Under the pieces are notes generated by a model. That model saw only the letters and a program-made list of their open reading frames with translations. It made no database searches and was not told where the DNA came from. From Chrysomallon squamiferum (taxonomy: Eukaryota > Animalia > Mollusca), in the NCBI GenBank assembly GCA_012295275.1, contig CM022665.1:24986001-25050000 (forward strand): 64,000 nt of DNA, in the 5' to 3' direction. This document shows positions 43,400 to 58,115 of this stretch, piece after piece (within the stretch, counting starts at the first letter, position 1; each line of letters begins with the position of its first letter). The position numbers and the translations under genes are program-made.

Positions 43400-43998
43400 T
43401 ATTATTGTTATTCCACTCCTAAAGCGGCCAGTCCGACCGATTTGAATTTGTTTTCTCGAAAATAATTTTATTCTTACGCGGCAGCTTTATACGATGTTTT
43501 CGAAGATGGCGTCGCCAATTTCCTGCACTGTACAGTGCATGCTGGGAATGTGGGTTTTTGTCGAATCAGACGAGCCTGCCAAAACTGTGCAAGTTCAGTC
43601 TATTTGGTACATAATTTTGATAATTCAGTCATACAGCATCATTCAATGCATATTTATATTTTATACAATATGGTGCGGCTGGGACTGATCGGAGATCTAT
43701 TTGGGTTTCAAACATAAAGATACATTATGCTTATTGTGAGTTTTATGACGTGAAAAATATATTCTATTTATAATCCATCAATGAAATCGATATGGTTGCA
43801 GTTGTATTTTAGGAGAAAGATGTAATATTTGCTATGGCCACGACGATTTATGTTTGCTGTGGGTATTGGTATGATGGATGTGAATTAAGACGGTAAACAT
43901 GCTCAAACAAATTGTCTGTAATTTTTGCCCCTCTACTGAGCGGACGGGGACACTTTTGCTCGGCCCAAAAGGTTTCCCTACAAGACAGCTACTACTGT
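43400..43998 (-). mobile_element. Possible degraded non-autonomous DNA transposon (pogo/Tigger-like end)
   Basis: The minus strand begins TACAGTAGTAGCTGTCTTGTAGGGAAACCTTTTGGGCCGAGCAAAAGTGTCCCC, resembling TA-CAGT termini of pogo/Tigger-type MITEs. The block interrupts a (GTA)n-like tract. No matching second TIR found. Confidence 0.3.
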
Positions 43999-46007
43999 AA
44001 TAATAGTAGTAGTAGTAGTAGTAGTAGTAGCAGTAATAGTAGTAGTTAGTAGTAGTAATGGTGGTGGTAGTGACAGTAGGTCATTATTAATTACACAAAA
44101 ATTCAGAAAAATATATGAAGCATTATAGGAACTTGTCTGTTTAGTGAATGTTCAAACACTTCGATCTCACCATGCACTTCTAGAACAGCATTTCGCCTGC
44201 AGTTGTTTTAACAAATTAATATTTTTAGCTTTGGTCCAACAAGGAACTGGATTGCGATCCCTGAACCCCCGGGGACACAGGCAATACAGGGCTAGAAGAC
44301 AGGTGCAGATGTCTCTCAGTTAAACGAGGTTAACGTAGGCTGGCATGATGCAGACAATTAGCAACGAGCGAGCCGTTATTAAAACACAAAAACTCGACCC
44401 GGGCCAAATGAAATAATGACACGTTGCAACACGTTCAAATTGTCTTTGCCACCTGATGCATGCGAGAGGCGCACACGGCAACGCGCGGTTTCGTTGCAGG
44501 ATTGATTACCCTTGCAGAAGCCAAAGCTTGCTGACAGTTGGATTGGAAGACCTTTTATATTCTTGTAATTTGAAATGTAATTAGACCTAACTTTTACAAT
44601 CGATTTGCGACGATAAGTCTGCCAAAGTTTAATCTTGGTTGGGAATAACCAGATGCGCCGTGGCTAGAAGCGACGGTTGAAGAAAGTAATTATCAACTAA
44701 CTGACTTTTCTTAGCCAATTTCGCGTCGAATATTTAATGACGTACTCTATTAAAATTTGTATTTGTTAAAGGATAATGTGAATAAAGTAAAACGAAAATT
44801 GTTAAAATGTTCGTGAATTTTTTTTCTGTTCCGAAAGGTTTAAGGTTAAGAAAAAAAAAAAAAAAAAAGTGGTCTGAAGATAAAAAGACAAAATGGAAGC
44901 TTTCATACGAAATTTGTAGAAAAAAAATATTTTTTGTAAATTCTTTTCTTGTTAAAGCTTTTTCTTAATTATTATGATTAAATACCATACTGTGTATATA
45001 GCTATAAAGCCATGCATACTGAACTGATATTGTGAAAACCTAATTTACATATAACACGAATTGCTTGGCATCAGATTATTAAGTAATAAAGAAAAGCAAG
45101 AAGAACGTTTTTACTGATAAAATTATAAAAGTCACAAACACACACACACACACACACACACATACACACACACACACTAATTTTAATTAACGTATTAACG
45201 TCATAACGCCCACAAAGCACATAAAAAGTGAAATCTTTAGAGCTCAAAAACATGAAAAAAAAAAAAAAAAAAGAATCAACAAAAATTGCGTGCGATTCTC
45301 TTTAACTTAGAGAATTAGGAGACAAGCCGTTTAATATAAGCAACTTGAGAAGTGAATTACATGTCCTTAAATGAGTCTTCTTCGTTGTGCTTCCAACTAA
45401 TTACTAGAACGAATTTCTTTTCTGTACCGAGCACAGAATTACCGCGGCAAACTTCCAGCAAGCATCAAATTAGTTGAACAAGTTTGCCTTACGAATCGGC
45501 CAGAAAAATGAGCATAGTAAGGATTCAGCATTTCATTTTCAGGAAAACTGCAGAGTGTTTGAATCTTCTTTCTTTTCTTTTTTTTTTTTTTTTTCCTTTT
45601 TTTTTTTTTTTTCCTTTTTTTTTTTCTTTTCCCCGATAACATTAGCTTACTTCATCATCATCTTCTTCTTCTTCCTCCTCTTCTTTTTCTTCTATTTCTT
45701 CTTCTATTTTTTTTTATTTTTAAAGACAAGCAGTTTAGTCTTTGTGGAAGAAAATATGATGAAACTGTTTATATGTTTACGATGGTTTATAATTTTTGTT
45801 TGTTAGTAGTTTAATCTGTACTGATAGCCATTGACCTTATTTATTTATTGGTTTTTATTACGTATTTATTTGCTTGTTTGTTGTTGTTTGTTTGTTTGTT
45901 TTCTCTGTTTGTTATATGTATTTCTCTGATTATTCTTTTTATTATGATTAATTTATTTTAAATATATTACTAATATTTTGTTTAAATAATTGCTTTTTAA
46001 TTTTTAA

Positions 46008-46047
<40 letters not shown>

Positions 46048-46356
46048 TAATTAATTATAAAATCTACGTGTTTTTACATTAACAGACATACGTGTATATT
46101 CAGCGACTTCATTAATTTCCGGTGCTGCTCGGAAATCTCCGAATGTGACTCTAAAGCACATGGCATCGTTACATCTGAAGCAGTTTACATAATCATGTTT
46201 GTTTCAGGTGCCTATATCGTTCTTGGGTGCGTCCATTACGTCCGAGTCAAAGAGTCAATGTACACAAGACAGATACCACAGGTAGTAATCAGTTCACTAA
46301 ATGGTTCAGCTTAATGCTAGCAATGTTTGGAATGATGAGTGAAAGAAACAACTGAC

Positions 46357-46466
46357 CTGATAGTTTCCCAGGAAGTTTACAGAACAAGGCAGAATGGCTG
46401 TGGTTCCTTCTTTGACAGTGACGTTTACTACAGGTACGTCAAAGCTGGGCTCGATCACCAGGGCAC
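46357..46466 (-). CDS. Gene B exon 2: Ig1 N-terminal part
   Basis: Acceptor ttttacag|, donor CAG|gtcagt, 110 nt. (G)ALVIEPSFDVPVVNVTVKEGTTAILPCSVNFLGNYQ. Too short for the ORF track. Confidence 0.95.
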
Positions 46467-46602
46467 CTGTAAAATAATAACTTATTAATGAAAGAAGTTA
46501 GTTTCCAGATTTAAACACATAAAAACAGACTGAAGAACTTCTAGACGGAAGGAATTGCATAACTTGGATAAAAAGGAGTGAATTAGTGTGTGTGTATGTG
46601 TG

Positions 46603-46664
<62 letters not shown>

Positions 46665-48207
46665 CATCACCCAATCTTTTATATGAATCTTCCCATATAT
46701 AGCAAATAAATAATTAAAGCTTTTAATAAGAATGGTCGTGATCACACTGGAAAAACACTTATAAAGAGCCTATTTATTTATTTAGTTAAATAGGTAGGTA
46801 GTTTGGAAGATTACCTTCATATTTATACCAATTCAACTTTATTTGTTAGAGTAACCAGATAAAACATCACTGAACTATTGTCAGCAGAACCTACATTTTT
46901 AGTCAAATTATACCACTGGCAACGTCTGCATACATCGAACTAAAATATGATGGATGAACTTTTTGTTCTTCGTTTATCAGCATATAAGGAGGGCATTTCT
47001 TAAAGATAACACATTTTGTCCATTACGGCCATCGAATTAGCTGCATTTGCTGTCGAAATAAAGTATAATTCTGTCACTAGTTTTAAACAACTGACTGTAA
47101 TTTTACACCGAACAAAGTGCACGGGAAGGCTTAATCAATAATCATTTTGGTGCTGGCAATGTCGTCTGTGAAAATATTCCAACCACGCCACGTGTTCTAG
47201 TTGGGCCGCAGATGTTTAAACTGGTATTTGGTTCACGAAAGTTGTAAATTATGTTAGCAAGACTCTGATGGTTTTACCTAATAATGCTGCATACTTCTCT
47301 TTGATCATTACTTTTCTTTTACTATTACTTTTTGTGTACATGGACCGATCGATCTATCTATCCGAACACCCACTTTGAACCAGAAAAATTAAATTTTAAC
47401 ATGTTGTGTGTTTAGCAAAGTGTAAAGTTATTGCACCTCTCACCACTGTCACTACTAATATCAATACGAATATTATTCTATAACTACAACAGTAGCAACA
47501 ACTACTACTACTACTGCTACTACTATTATTACAGCTGTTGTTGTCAGCTACTACTGTTGTTGTTTTTGTTGATACAACTACTCTGGTTACTACCCTTGCG
47601 ATTACATCAACTACGACAACCACAACATAACTACTACTGATAATGTTAATATTACTGCTACTACTAATAATGATGACGACGATGTTGATGTGGATGAACT
47701 GTAAGGAAAATCATGAAATAATTTTTTTCTTTTTTCTTTTAAAAAAAGAAAGGAAAAAAGAAATATAAAAAATAATAATTCGTAATAATGTTTTAACAAT
47801 CATTCTGTTAATGATAGTAATAATTATAATAATTTCATCTTGGAAAATCACAGCTTAATAACTGTCATTTTCTGTGACATGGTTTCGTGTTTCTTCTCGT
47901 GTGTTCCTTATTTACTTGATATCTGTAGTGAATGATCACAACACATAATTGTGTTCAATATATAATAAATAATAAATATTACTTTTTTTATAGTTTTCAT
48001 ACTGCAGTAAAACTATGGGGGGGGGTGACAATTTAAAACTGTACAGTTATTTTATGTTCATAATTCAATAACAAAGTAATTTAGTCATGAAAATTTCGAT
48101 GATGAATTTCATAATTACTTTTCTTGTACAGTTTTTTTCATAATGCTCGACTTCAGGTTTTTTCATCTTTCATTCAAGACCAAACTTACAAACATTTAAT
48201 GAACCAG

Positions 48208-48213
<6 letters not shown>

Positions 48214-48262
<49 letters not shown>

Positions 48263-48274
48263 AAAAAATAATAA

Positions 48275-48317
<43 letters not shown>
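48214..48317. repeat. (AAAT)n microsatellite
   Basis: Direct inspection. Confidence 0.95.
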
Positions 48318-48897
48318 AAGTAAAAATAAAATGAAATAAAAATAAAAGAGAAGAAGAAGACATTTAAAAAACCACAGAAAAAAACACACCAAATAATACT
48401 CTCTGTGAACACAATGTGAGGTAACTAAATGCTCGAGAATTAAATAACACATGATTGATAACAATATTATTATTATTACTGCTATCATTGGTACAGCTGC
48501 CACCACCACTGTTATTATTTTGATTACAGTCACATTTACTTCAAGCACCTTTATATATTTTTTGTTTATGTTTCATCCAACTTCCACCAGTTGATTTGAT
48601 TTAATTCATGTATATTTTTCGTAATCCTTTGTCAAACAATAAAATTAATTTTGTAAATAAAAGGTTAATCAAATATTACTTTTAATTACTATTATTTCTT
48701 TTATTTGTATTTCCGTTTAATTATTAATTTTATTATTATTATTATCATGGAATAGTAGTAGTAGTAGAAGTAGTAGTATTAATAGTAGAAGAACTATTAT
48801 TATTATTATTTGTTATGCACGCTGTTTTGTTTGTTTGTTTGTTTGTTTGTGTTATTTCTGTCGTGTTTTGTTTTAGCCTTGATTTTTTGCCATTCCC

Positions 48898-48986
<89 letters not shown>

Positions 48987-50223
48987 CTCTGATTCATATT
49001 AACAGTAAAAAAATGTTTACTGAAACGCTTTACATATTTTACATATACGTACTCATATTATTATTATAATTACATGAAATTCCATCATCCGAATAACTAG
49101 TGTAAGATAAAGTTGTAAATATTTCTAATTAATATTCCGTCCCAGTCATTTTATACGTGGCCTGTGAAAGTCATTTATATTCTTTATAATGATAATAATA
49201 ATGATAATAATAATAATAATAATAATATCATAAGCTTCATAAGGCAAAGCAAATTTTCGTTAAATTATTATTATTATTATTATTTTTTTTATATAAAAGC
49301 TTGTGAGATAATATTTATTATTAACGTACAATTGTAGCATTTATAACTGTCACATCTTGCTCATTAAGCCTGTCATGAACGGGAAAACAGAAAAGGACAA
49401 AGGTCTGGCCATCTGTGGACGTACGTGACTGTTGATGGACCAAGCTGATGCGTCTGCGTACGAAACATGATTGTAAACCAAGAAAAGGGTTTCGCAGCAT
49501 TGCAAGGCCGTCTGAATATTCGTCCTGTTTTGTTCGTCATATTTTATTCACTTGCCAAGTATTTTATTCACTCGCCAATCCAAGTGATTTTGATTCTGAA
49601 GATAGTATAAATATAATTTGTTCTCTTGACAGCGTGGTTATTCCTCTGACAATTTCTACAATTACATGAAGTGCGTTGTCTGCAGTCCTCGATGAACCAA
49701 TTGTCTGACGGTGATAGTATTTGTACAGCAAACATGATTTAATCAGGGATGTTAAATGTCCTTTCATAAGGCCTCAATGCGAGCAGTGACGCATCAATAA
49801 GCCGGCCACAGCCATTCTTGTTTCCTCAACAGTGCCGTCAAGTGATGCGCCAATCAGAGAGATATAAGTCTGTATGTGTTTATCGTCTTAACGCTTGTCT
49901 TTTAATCTTTTTTTCCTTTTCATCATATAAATATCAATGCTATGAAGATGCTCTGAAAGATTTTCAGAACAATGGGTAGGAAAGCGTGGAAGACGGCTTA
50001 GTGTCGGCGTCCTCCGCTTACTCTTTCTAATTTGGTCTAATATTATTACAAATATGATTTATCGATCTGTGAGAATTAAAAATAAATGGTAAATTTTCAG
50101 GTTGTCGCTGGAAATATTTAAATAAAAAAATTTGTATAATGGATGCCTCTGAGAGTTAAGACTTAAATCTAATATACTATATTACATCATCCATAGAAAT
50201 AAAAAGATACTGAATAGAGAATG

Positions 50224-50281
<58 letters not shown>

Positions 50282-51884
50282 CGTCCTTTATTAATTTACC
50301 TTTTCATTCAGTCTTAACTATATAATGAAAGTAGTTATTTCAACGTCACCTGTGTTATTTTATTATCAATAATTGGTTAGATTTATTGTCATTAACTGAA
50401 ATTTTTCTACATTCAAAATGACATGACTACATAAAGTTAATATGATAACTGAAAATGAGTCCTGTCTTTCTTTTTTTCTGTTTGTGGCTACGTATTTATA
50501 TAAATAAATGTGTTTTCTTCATCATTCCATCACCAATTAAAACATAACGTTGAAGACCTTTGCGTTTGTGAGAAGAAAAAAAATATATTTATTCTAATAT
50601 AGTGAAAGCCAAATGTAATCCATAACAGGTCGTATGAGAGTATTGGTTTTTTCTATTTATTTATTTATTTATTTTACAGCAACGTCTTCAAATGGTTCAA
50701 AGAACAACCAGACATTACCAAAGAAAGAAAAAATAAATTACAACTGCAGAATGCTTCAAAGAAGCTAACATATTTGTTAATCAATTTTCTGCGCATTAAC
50801 AACAAACAGGACACGTCACGGATCGGATGCGGAAGACAAAATCGTGTGAGAATTTCCTTCACACAAACACATTTATCTCGTGTACCCTGCCATTTCGTGT
50901 AAATCTGGGCAGAGATCAAAGACCGATTGACCAACCGAGCAATTTGGAGGTGATTGAAGATAAGTTACATCTAATGTCTAGACACACAGTGCAATCTAAC
51001 ACGGGTACGGATTTATAAATCGTTTGAATTTAACTCCGTATCGATTTGTCCCTCAGAGGCCAGCTGATTCATACTTCGTAACAGCCGTGAACCAAATTAC
51101 AAATGATAAATTTCTATCAGTTTAATTTTTCACCCTTTTCTTTATTTCCTTAATGAATAAATCTGACAAATGAAAATGTTTTGCATGGAATGTGGTTTTG
51201 TTACGCTAAATTGATGAAATTTAAGAAATTGATGGATGTCGATATTTGCGATTATTTATTTTATATTTTAAACCACGAATGAATGCATATATCAACAATA
51301 AACTACACGTAACATTTGTATGTATATATGTATAAAAATGTATGTATGTGTGTATGTGAGTATATATGTATCTGTGTATGTATGTACGTATGTATATATC
51401 TGTGTGTTTTTATATTGAATGTTTGTAACTGTTTTACTGTTTTTTTACATGTATTCATATACACGCAATACAACTCATGAACATTGTTAAATACGATATC
51501 TTCTCATAAATACATTTTTATACACACAAACGCCAATAATCATGATTCAGCAAATCAGTAAACTAACATATACAGTGTTACATATTTTGCTGCATTCAGT
51601 TAACGACTTTATGTATTTATTTAGCATATACACTGTCATTTAGAATGTTAACAGCTTAAAATTCTTTGTACTACTTTGTATGATTAATCGCGCATCTTCA
51701 TGAATGATCAGTTTTATGTCGTCTGGTTGTTGTTTTTTTTTGAAATACAATCTTGGGTCAACTAAAGTAAATATTAGTACTGCAGTGTTGTGCATTTTGT
51801 GAGACGAGCGTGGTTTTCTAAGAAGATAAAAAAATATAAATATATATAAAAGAGCACACATTCGTTTCATGATGCAGTACTTAC

Positions 51885-51933
51885 CCGGCTCGAATCGCGT
51901 GTTCCGCGAATGACCCTGAACCTTGCCAGTCAT
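51885..51933 (-). CDS. Candidate alternative first exon of gene B, no signal peptide
   Basis: ATG at 51933, MTGKVQGHSRNTRFEP-G, then consensus donor CCGG|gtaagt in phase 1, in frame with exon 2. CCAAT boxes upstream at 52163 and 52173. No transcript evidence. Confidence 0.3.
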
Positions 51934-52676
51934 TATAAAAAGCAGATTGACAGACGGAATAGGAATATTTCCAACAATAGTCCATTGGTCGCCTTATGCT
52001 GAAGCAGTTTATCATGTATATGTATGGAAATGCGGTCGTTGATTTATGTCATAGTGACAGAATTTCTATAACAGGGGTCCGAGCCAGCCATGTTGTCTCC
52101 TAGGCTCAAATAAACAAATGCTAATAAACCTCTGATTGCAAATACTGTCATATTTGATGTGTCCAATTCTTGATTGGTGTCAGAGTTTGAGCAGAAAGTG
52201 TTTTCAATTTCCGTTACACGTATTCATGGCATTTAAAATTAACAACGGACATGCATGCAGTTCAGCTGCTTTCTTTTTCCTTTATCTTTACAAAATGGTT
52301 GTTATGAGAAACAGCTCCATTCAGCAGTTCTCTAACTGTAAATGTCAGTCAGCTTCGGTGACAGCTTGGTAGAAAATACAGCAGAACGAACCTAAGTCTA
52401 TAAAGCTTAGGTTGAAATTATTTGCACCTACTCTCAGTTCAAATAACCCCTTTTAGTATATGATGAGTTCTACATAAGTACATACTACTCTGTAGAAAGT
52501 ATTTATTTTTTTTTTTTTTTTTTTTTTTATTAACATAAATAATTTTGGAAAGAAAATATTATTATTTAATCAGTGATGTTGTACATTTACTGCCACCGCT
52601 CTTATTTTAACATTACTAATAATGATGTTATATTTTATGTTTATATGTGTGTGTGTTTATATAATGTGTATGTGTG

Positions 52677-52678
<2 letters not shown>

Positions 52679-52761
<83 letters not shown>

Positions 52762-52766
52762 GTGAA

Positions 52767-52803
<37 letters not shown>

Positions 52804-52830
52804 ATGTATATGTATGTATGTATGTATATC
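52679..52830. repeat. (TC)n/(TA)n/(TGTA)n compound microsatellite
   Basis: Direct inspection. Confidence 0.95.
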
Positions 52831-53209
52831 TGTAGTCGAGTGTCCATGTTTGCAGTTTCTGTTACTGTCTTATATTGATTCAGTGATGCAATATTACGAA
52901 TCTACACTTCCCCACGTTTTCACTTAATAGCTATCTCTGTTTCACTGAAAAGTAAGTACATAATACTAAGTTTGAGATTAACGAAGTACAGGAATACCGG
53001 TGACAGAAACAATAACAGTGATTAATACCGGACTTATTACTGATAAACGTTAGTATAATGAAAGGTCAATAAGAGTCGAGGGAACTACTTAGTTTTTGAA
53101 TTACTGCGTTATACAGACTACTGGAATATAAATTGTTTCTTTTGATACAGTTTTGTTTTTTATGTGCTTCTTTTTTAATACATCCAAGCTTTCGTAAAGC
53201 TTTTCGTTA

Positions 53210-53439
53210 TTGTTCAGTTTAGTTCAGGTCAGTTCAGTTTGGTTCCCTATTTTACAATTCTTTTCATTTAATTTCGAACCATTTGGCCTAGTTCATTTTT
53301 ATCAGTTCAGTTCACTTGACTTGACTTCAGTGTAGTTCAGTAAAGATGGGTTGAGTTAATTTCAGTTCAGATACTTTTAGTTCAGTTCAGTGTAATTTAT
53401 TTCTCTTCAGTATATTCAAATTAATTCTGTACACTTCAC

Positions 53440-53471
<32 letters not shown>

Positions 53472-53540
53472 TGTATGTATGTATGTATGTATGCATGTAT
53501 ATAATTCGATTCAGTCCGATTCAGTTCAGTTTAGTTCACT
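53210..53540. repeat. Degenerate (TTCAG)n pentamer repeat interrupted by (GTAT)n
   Basis: Recurrent gttca/ttcag units at 5-nt spacing. Confidence 0.75.
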
Positions 53541-54980
53541 ACTTCTACTACTTCTATTACTACTACTACTACCACCACCAGTAATAATAATAATATTTTT
53601 AAAAAACCATATAATAATAATATAATTAGTATTACTATTATTAGTACTATTAGTTAATTAATAGGAAGAAAATAAAAATAAACCCATCACGTTGTATTGA
53701 TATATCCCCGAGTAAACATGATTCCAAATTCAATTCACTTGTCACACAACAAGGAAACAGATCGGTTGACACATTCAAGATTCCTTTGCTCAGTTTATAT
53801 TCGGAGCGGCACACGTTATTGGCGGGCTTCGCTACATTTATACAATATATGTCCATCAACCAATTTACAAGCGATTACACAAAATTGTTCAATGAATGCC
53901 GTCTCATGGATGTCGGTTCGGCAAAGGCCAAAGCAATATGTTTGAACACACGCGTTTGAATTGAGTGTCAAAGCATGCCTGGGCACAAATTAATTCTATC
54001 TGCGGTAAAACTTACAATTTCAACAATCCCATTTCAATTGATTGCCTTTTATTTGTTGGCAATTGCGATTTCCTACAAAATTTCAAACTGTCTCGTTTAT
54101 CTTCGTTTCGTTTTTCCTTCCTTTCTTTCTTTCTTTCTTCTTTTTAAAAAAAACAAAATAAAAAAGAAGAAAGAAAGAAAAAAAAGAACCCACATCGATT
54201 GAAATGTCTGAAATTGATTTATTATTATGAACTTTCTCTTACTCAAAAAAAAAAATAAAAAAATGAAAAACAAAAAATAATAATGTATGTTCCAGTGTCA
54301 AAACTGCTCACGTCTTGATGGTTTCAAGTTATTTTTTCTTCTTCTTCTAATATTTAAATTGAAGCGTGCGGACATATGAACCGGGACGAAGCATTGTTGA
54401 AACTTTAGTAGGATCGTTAGATCAGAGTCCCATGTCGAATTTACTATGAGGATTTTAATGCGGGTTTCCATTTTAAATAATATTTAAAATTTGCTGTTTC
54501 ATTGTTGCTACAAGTTTGTATACGTGTGCGAATTTAAGTAAAAGTTTAAAATATATATATATATATATAAAAAAAATATCCAACAAGTCTAAGTCAAATT
54601 AATGACATTTTACTGTGTTTCCCGATAGATATTCATCAAAATTCTAATATTTTCATAATAAACTAAAATAATCATGATCTAGTAATCACTTAGAGACAAA
54701 AATAAATGTCATACATTTCTTTTTTTGTTTTGCTTTTATATTGGTTTTCATTATAACTTCGGGAGGACTGTATAAATATCGTGTTTTTGTTCTGGTTTAA
54801 AAGAATTGCATGCTATTAACATTATGATAACACGTTTTAATACGTAATAATCTAGGGCTTACCTTATTAATGATAAAGAACAAACCTGTTAATCCTTAAA
54901 ATATCCTAACACAAGAAAACTTTAGACGAACAACGAGTTCACTTAAATTCTATTAAAAAAAACCCATCTGATGTCCATTT

Positions 54981-55051
54981 TTCATTTAACTTTACCATAA
55001 AATCAGTTTAAAAAAATACCCAGTCACGTTTAACAGAAAGTGTTCAGTGGC
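54981..55051 (+). repeat. Dispersed repeat fragment, copy 2 (gene B intron 1)
   Basis: Aligns with 39201-39269 in the same orientation, roughly 85% identical by eye. Confidence 0.75.
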
Positions 55052-56147
55052 GCCCTCTTCAAGCGGTGCCCAGGGAACGTGAAGATGCTTGCCACAGTTC
55101 AGTTGTGACTGGATTTAGCTATGTTCTTGACGAGATCTGTTTTATTTACTCCATCATAATTCATTTTGTAAATTTATTCCATTATCATCGTCAACACAAT
55201 CATCATCATCATCATCATTATCATTATTATTATTATTATTATATCAGTTCTTTCGATTTTTTGTTTTGTTTTTGTATTGGTTTTAATTAACTCATGTTTG
55301 TTTATATCACTGTGTGTATGTGTATGAGTGTGTGTTTGTGTACGCATGTAAAGTGCATGTAATTGCGGAGTAGGTGTATGGGTGGAATGTGTAAGCATCG
55401 TAACGTCTTTAAGACATACAAAGTAAAATTAGTCTGCACTAAATTAAATTCTGCTGTTTTCCGTATACGCGAATAATAACGAAGGCACAAACAAAAGAGC
55501 AACAGAAGCCTCGAACTTATTATTCCTGTGATCACAGAAAGACGTTAATGGATTTTATTTTACGTGTGGGTGTTAACTTTATCCTGTTTGTGTGAGCACG
55601 TACAATGCTTGATTCCAGTTTATTCATCTGTTGTGTCTTTTTTTCAAAGACTCACAATGAAAAGGAAGACAATTTTTAACAGCACGGATAAGAAGACAAA
55701 AAGTTATTTCCCGTTATTAACAATTTCCTTTTGAAATCTCTTGTCATATGTTTCGATGAATTATTTCATCTCTATGCTTTCTCGTTTCATATTTTGTTGG
55801 TTTGAGCTGGAAAGATACATGTTATATGTATCTGTGAGTTATTTCCCAGACTGGTCGATTCGAGTTTTATTTAGATTTCTGAGTTATAAGATTCCCTAAT
55901 GAAATAGCAGAATTGCCTTGGCTGATTTCAGATTGAAGCACAGATATACCGTAAATACGAAGAGACAGATCTGTACTTCACACATACGTTAAGTCTGATA
56001 CTGACAGTTGCATGTTGAAATAAGGTCATAATTATATGAAGTGTTAAAATTTGTATATCTAAATCAACGGCAAGTCAGAAAGTAATTACTGCTGGTAATC
56101 TCCAACTCCTGCTACCATATATTATACCCAAAGATGATTTACACCAG

Positions 56148-56152
<5 letters not shown>

Positions 56153-56242
<90 letters not shown>
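56153..56242. repeat. (TC)n microsatellite
   Basis: Direct inspection. Confidence 0.95.
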
Positions 56243-56246
<4 letters not shown>

Positions 56247-57023
56247 GCACAGAGAATCAGACGTAGACTCGTTAGTACATACACACATAAAAAAGTAGAA
56301 ATAAGCAAACACAAACGCGGACACATTTATACTTATGCTATATAGAAATAATGGATAACAGTAAAGGAATCACAAAAGGTCTGAAATCAACCATTTTACA
56401 ATGTTCACACAAACAGGAAAGAACTTACATGAAAAGTAATTTAGTTATTTTTGTTTTCTAAAGAAAACGTCTCCTTACTGGAATTCAAGACTGTCTGCTA
56501 TCTCATAACGCGATAAATTTTTTTATTAAACATTTCAGGCTGGTTTCAGAATCCTCAAAGGATTTCGTGACCCATAAAAACTGAATGACGTCTAAGTATG
56601 CAATGTTTAGAAACTTGTTACACACTTTAAAATGAATTAATATTTGTCTAAGGGCACCTAAAAGTATTTTATTTTTACACGACTGATAAGCCTAAAGTCT
56701 TGTTTTAAATTTAAAAAAATAATAAGATTTAATAAAATTTAATTTTCTTATCTGTCTTAGCCTAACGCAGACTGTGTGATTTAAAAAAAGGTTTCAAAGC
56801 GTGATCCAACAAAAGATGTCGTCTATACTTTCATGTTATAAACGTGACAGCTACGAGCCATGCATGTTGTATATCAGTGTTTTTCTGTGTATGTCTATAA
56901 AATATTTTACACGGGATTTTAAACACAGAGCTGACGGCTAAAGGTCTGTGACAGACTGACCGGCAGAACGACAATCAAACAGACACACAGACTGAATCAA
57001 AAAATAGAGTGATACTAATAATA

Positions 57024-57149
<126 letters not shown>

Positions 57150-57623
57150 TATGTACGTATATCTGTGCATATATAAGTGTATTTATTTATTTTTTTCGTT
57201 TTGTTTGTTTTATTTTATTTTTGTTGTTATTGTTTTATTTTCGGTTTACTTATTTTATTATTATTTGTAGGTATACACGGAACTGCACGTCTATCTGTTT
57301 GCGTGATTTGCGTATTTCAGATTATGATCCACGACAAAGAGCTGCCAGGCTAGAACTCATAAATAACTTTAAGTGTATTCACGAACACTGTTTAAAAATA
57401 GCCCTCTCTATCATCTCAATTAATGTCAAATGACATTAGCCAAGATGGAAGTTTGAGTAACGACACTGCCAAACTCTGAATGTTTTGCGGCACACTTGTA
57501 TCTAACAATTAAGGCCGCTTTGCATGTAGTTCGTTATGCAAATTCATTCAGCGTCTGAAGTACGAGTTAAACTGCAGGTCATTTTTTTTAATTTTTAAAT
57601 ATTTGTTTGAAACTATACATTTC

Positions 57624-57624
<1 letters not shown>

Positions 57625-57671
<47 letters not shown>

Positions 57672-57834
57672 CATGGTGAGTCACTTTGGTGAATTCGAAT
57701 CCTGACAGTGAGGGTCGTTGCCATCTGAGTAAACAACACTAAACAAATCTCGAGGACAAATAATAATAATAATAATGACGATGATGATAGTAATAATAAT
57801 AATAGTAATAATAATAATACTAATGAAAATAATG

Positions 57835-57887
<53 letters not shown>

Positions 57888-58115
57888 TAATAATAAATGT
57901 AATGCTAAACGTTAGGATTAAAAATTATGCCTTGATCCGTCACTAAAAAATACTTCTTTTTAGACTTTAATTTTTATTTCTTTATTTTGTTTTATTTTAG
58001 TATACTGTAATGTAACAGAGCATAGTGTAATGTAATGTAACAGAGCATAGTATAATGTAATGTAGTGTGGTGTAATCTAGAGCAATGCAGTGTAGTGAAG
58101 AGTAATTTAATTTAG
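57625..58115. repeat. (AAT)n tracts followed by a degenerate (TGTAA/TGTAG)n pentamer repeat
   Basis: Direct inspection; tgtaatgtaacagagcatagt occurs twice at about 58006-58051. Confidence 0.85.

Noticed and set aside
46815-46870. Donor-like TATGAAG|gtaatc with a nearby ATGTTTTAT, resembling gene A exon 1
   Set aside because: The phase-1 frame has a stop 10 codons upstream and the ATG frame ends at TAA; 58611-58512 is a far better signal exon.
57670-57760. B-box-like TTCGAATCC (and A-box-like AGCTCAGTGGTA at about 32852) suggesting tRNA or SINE
   Set aside because: Isolated motifs with no cloverleaf and no correctly spaced partner box.
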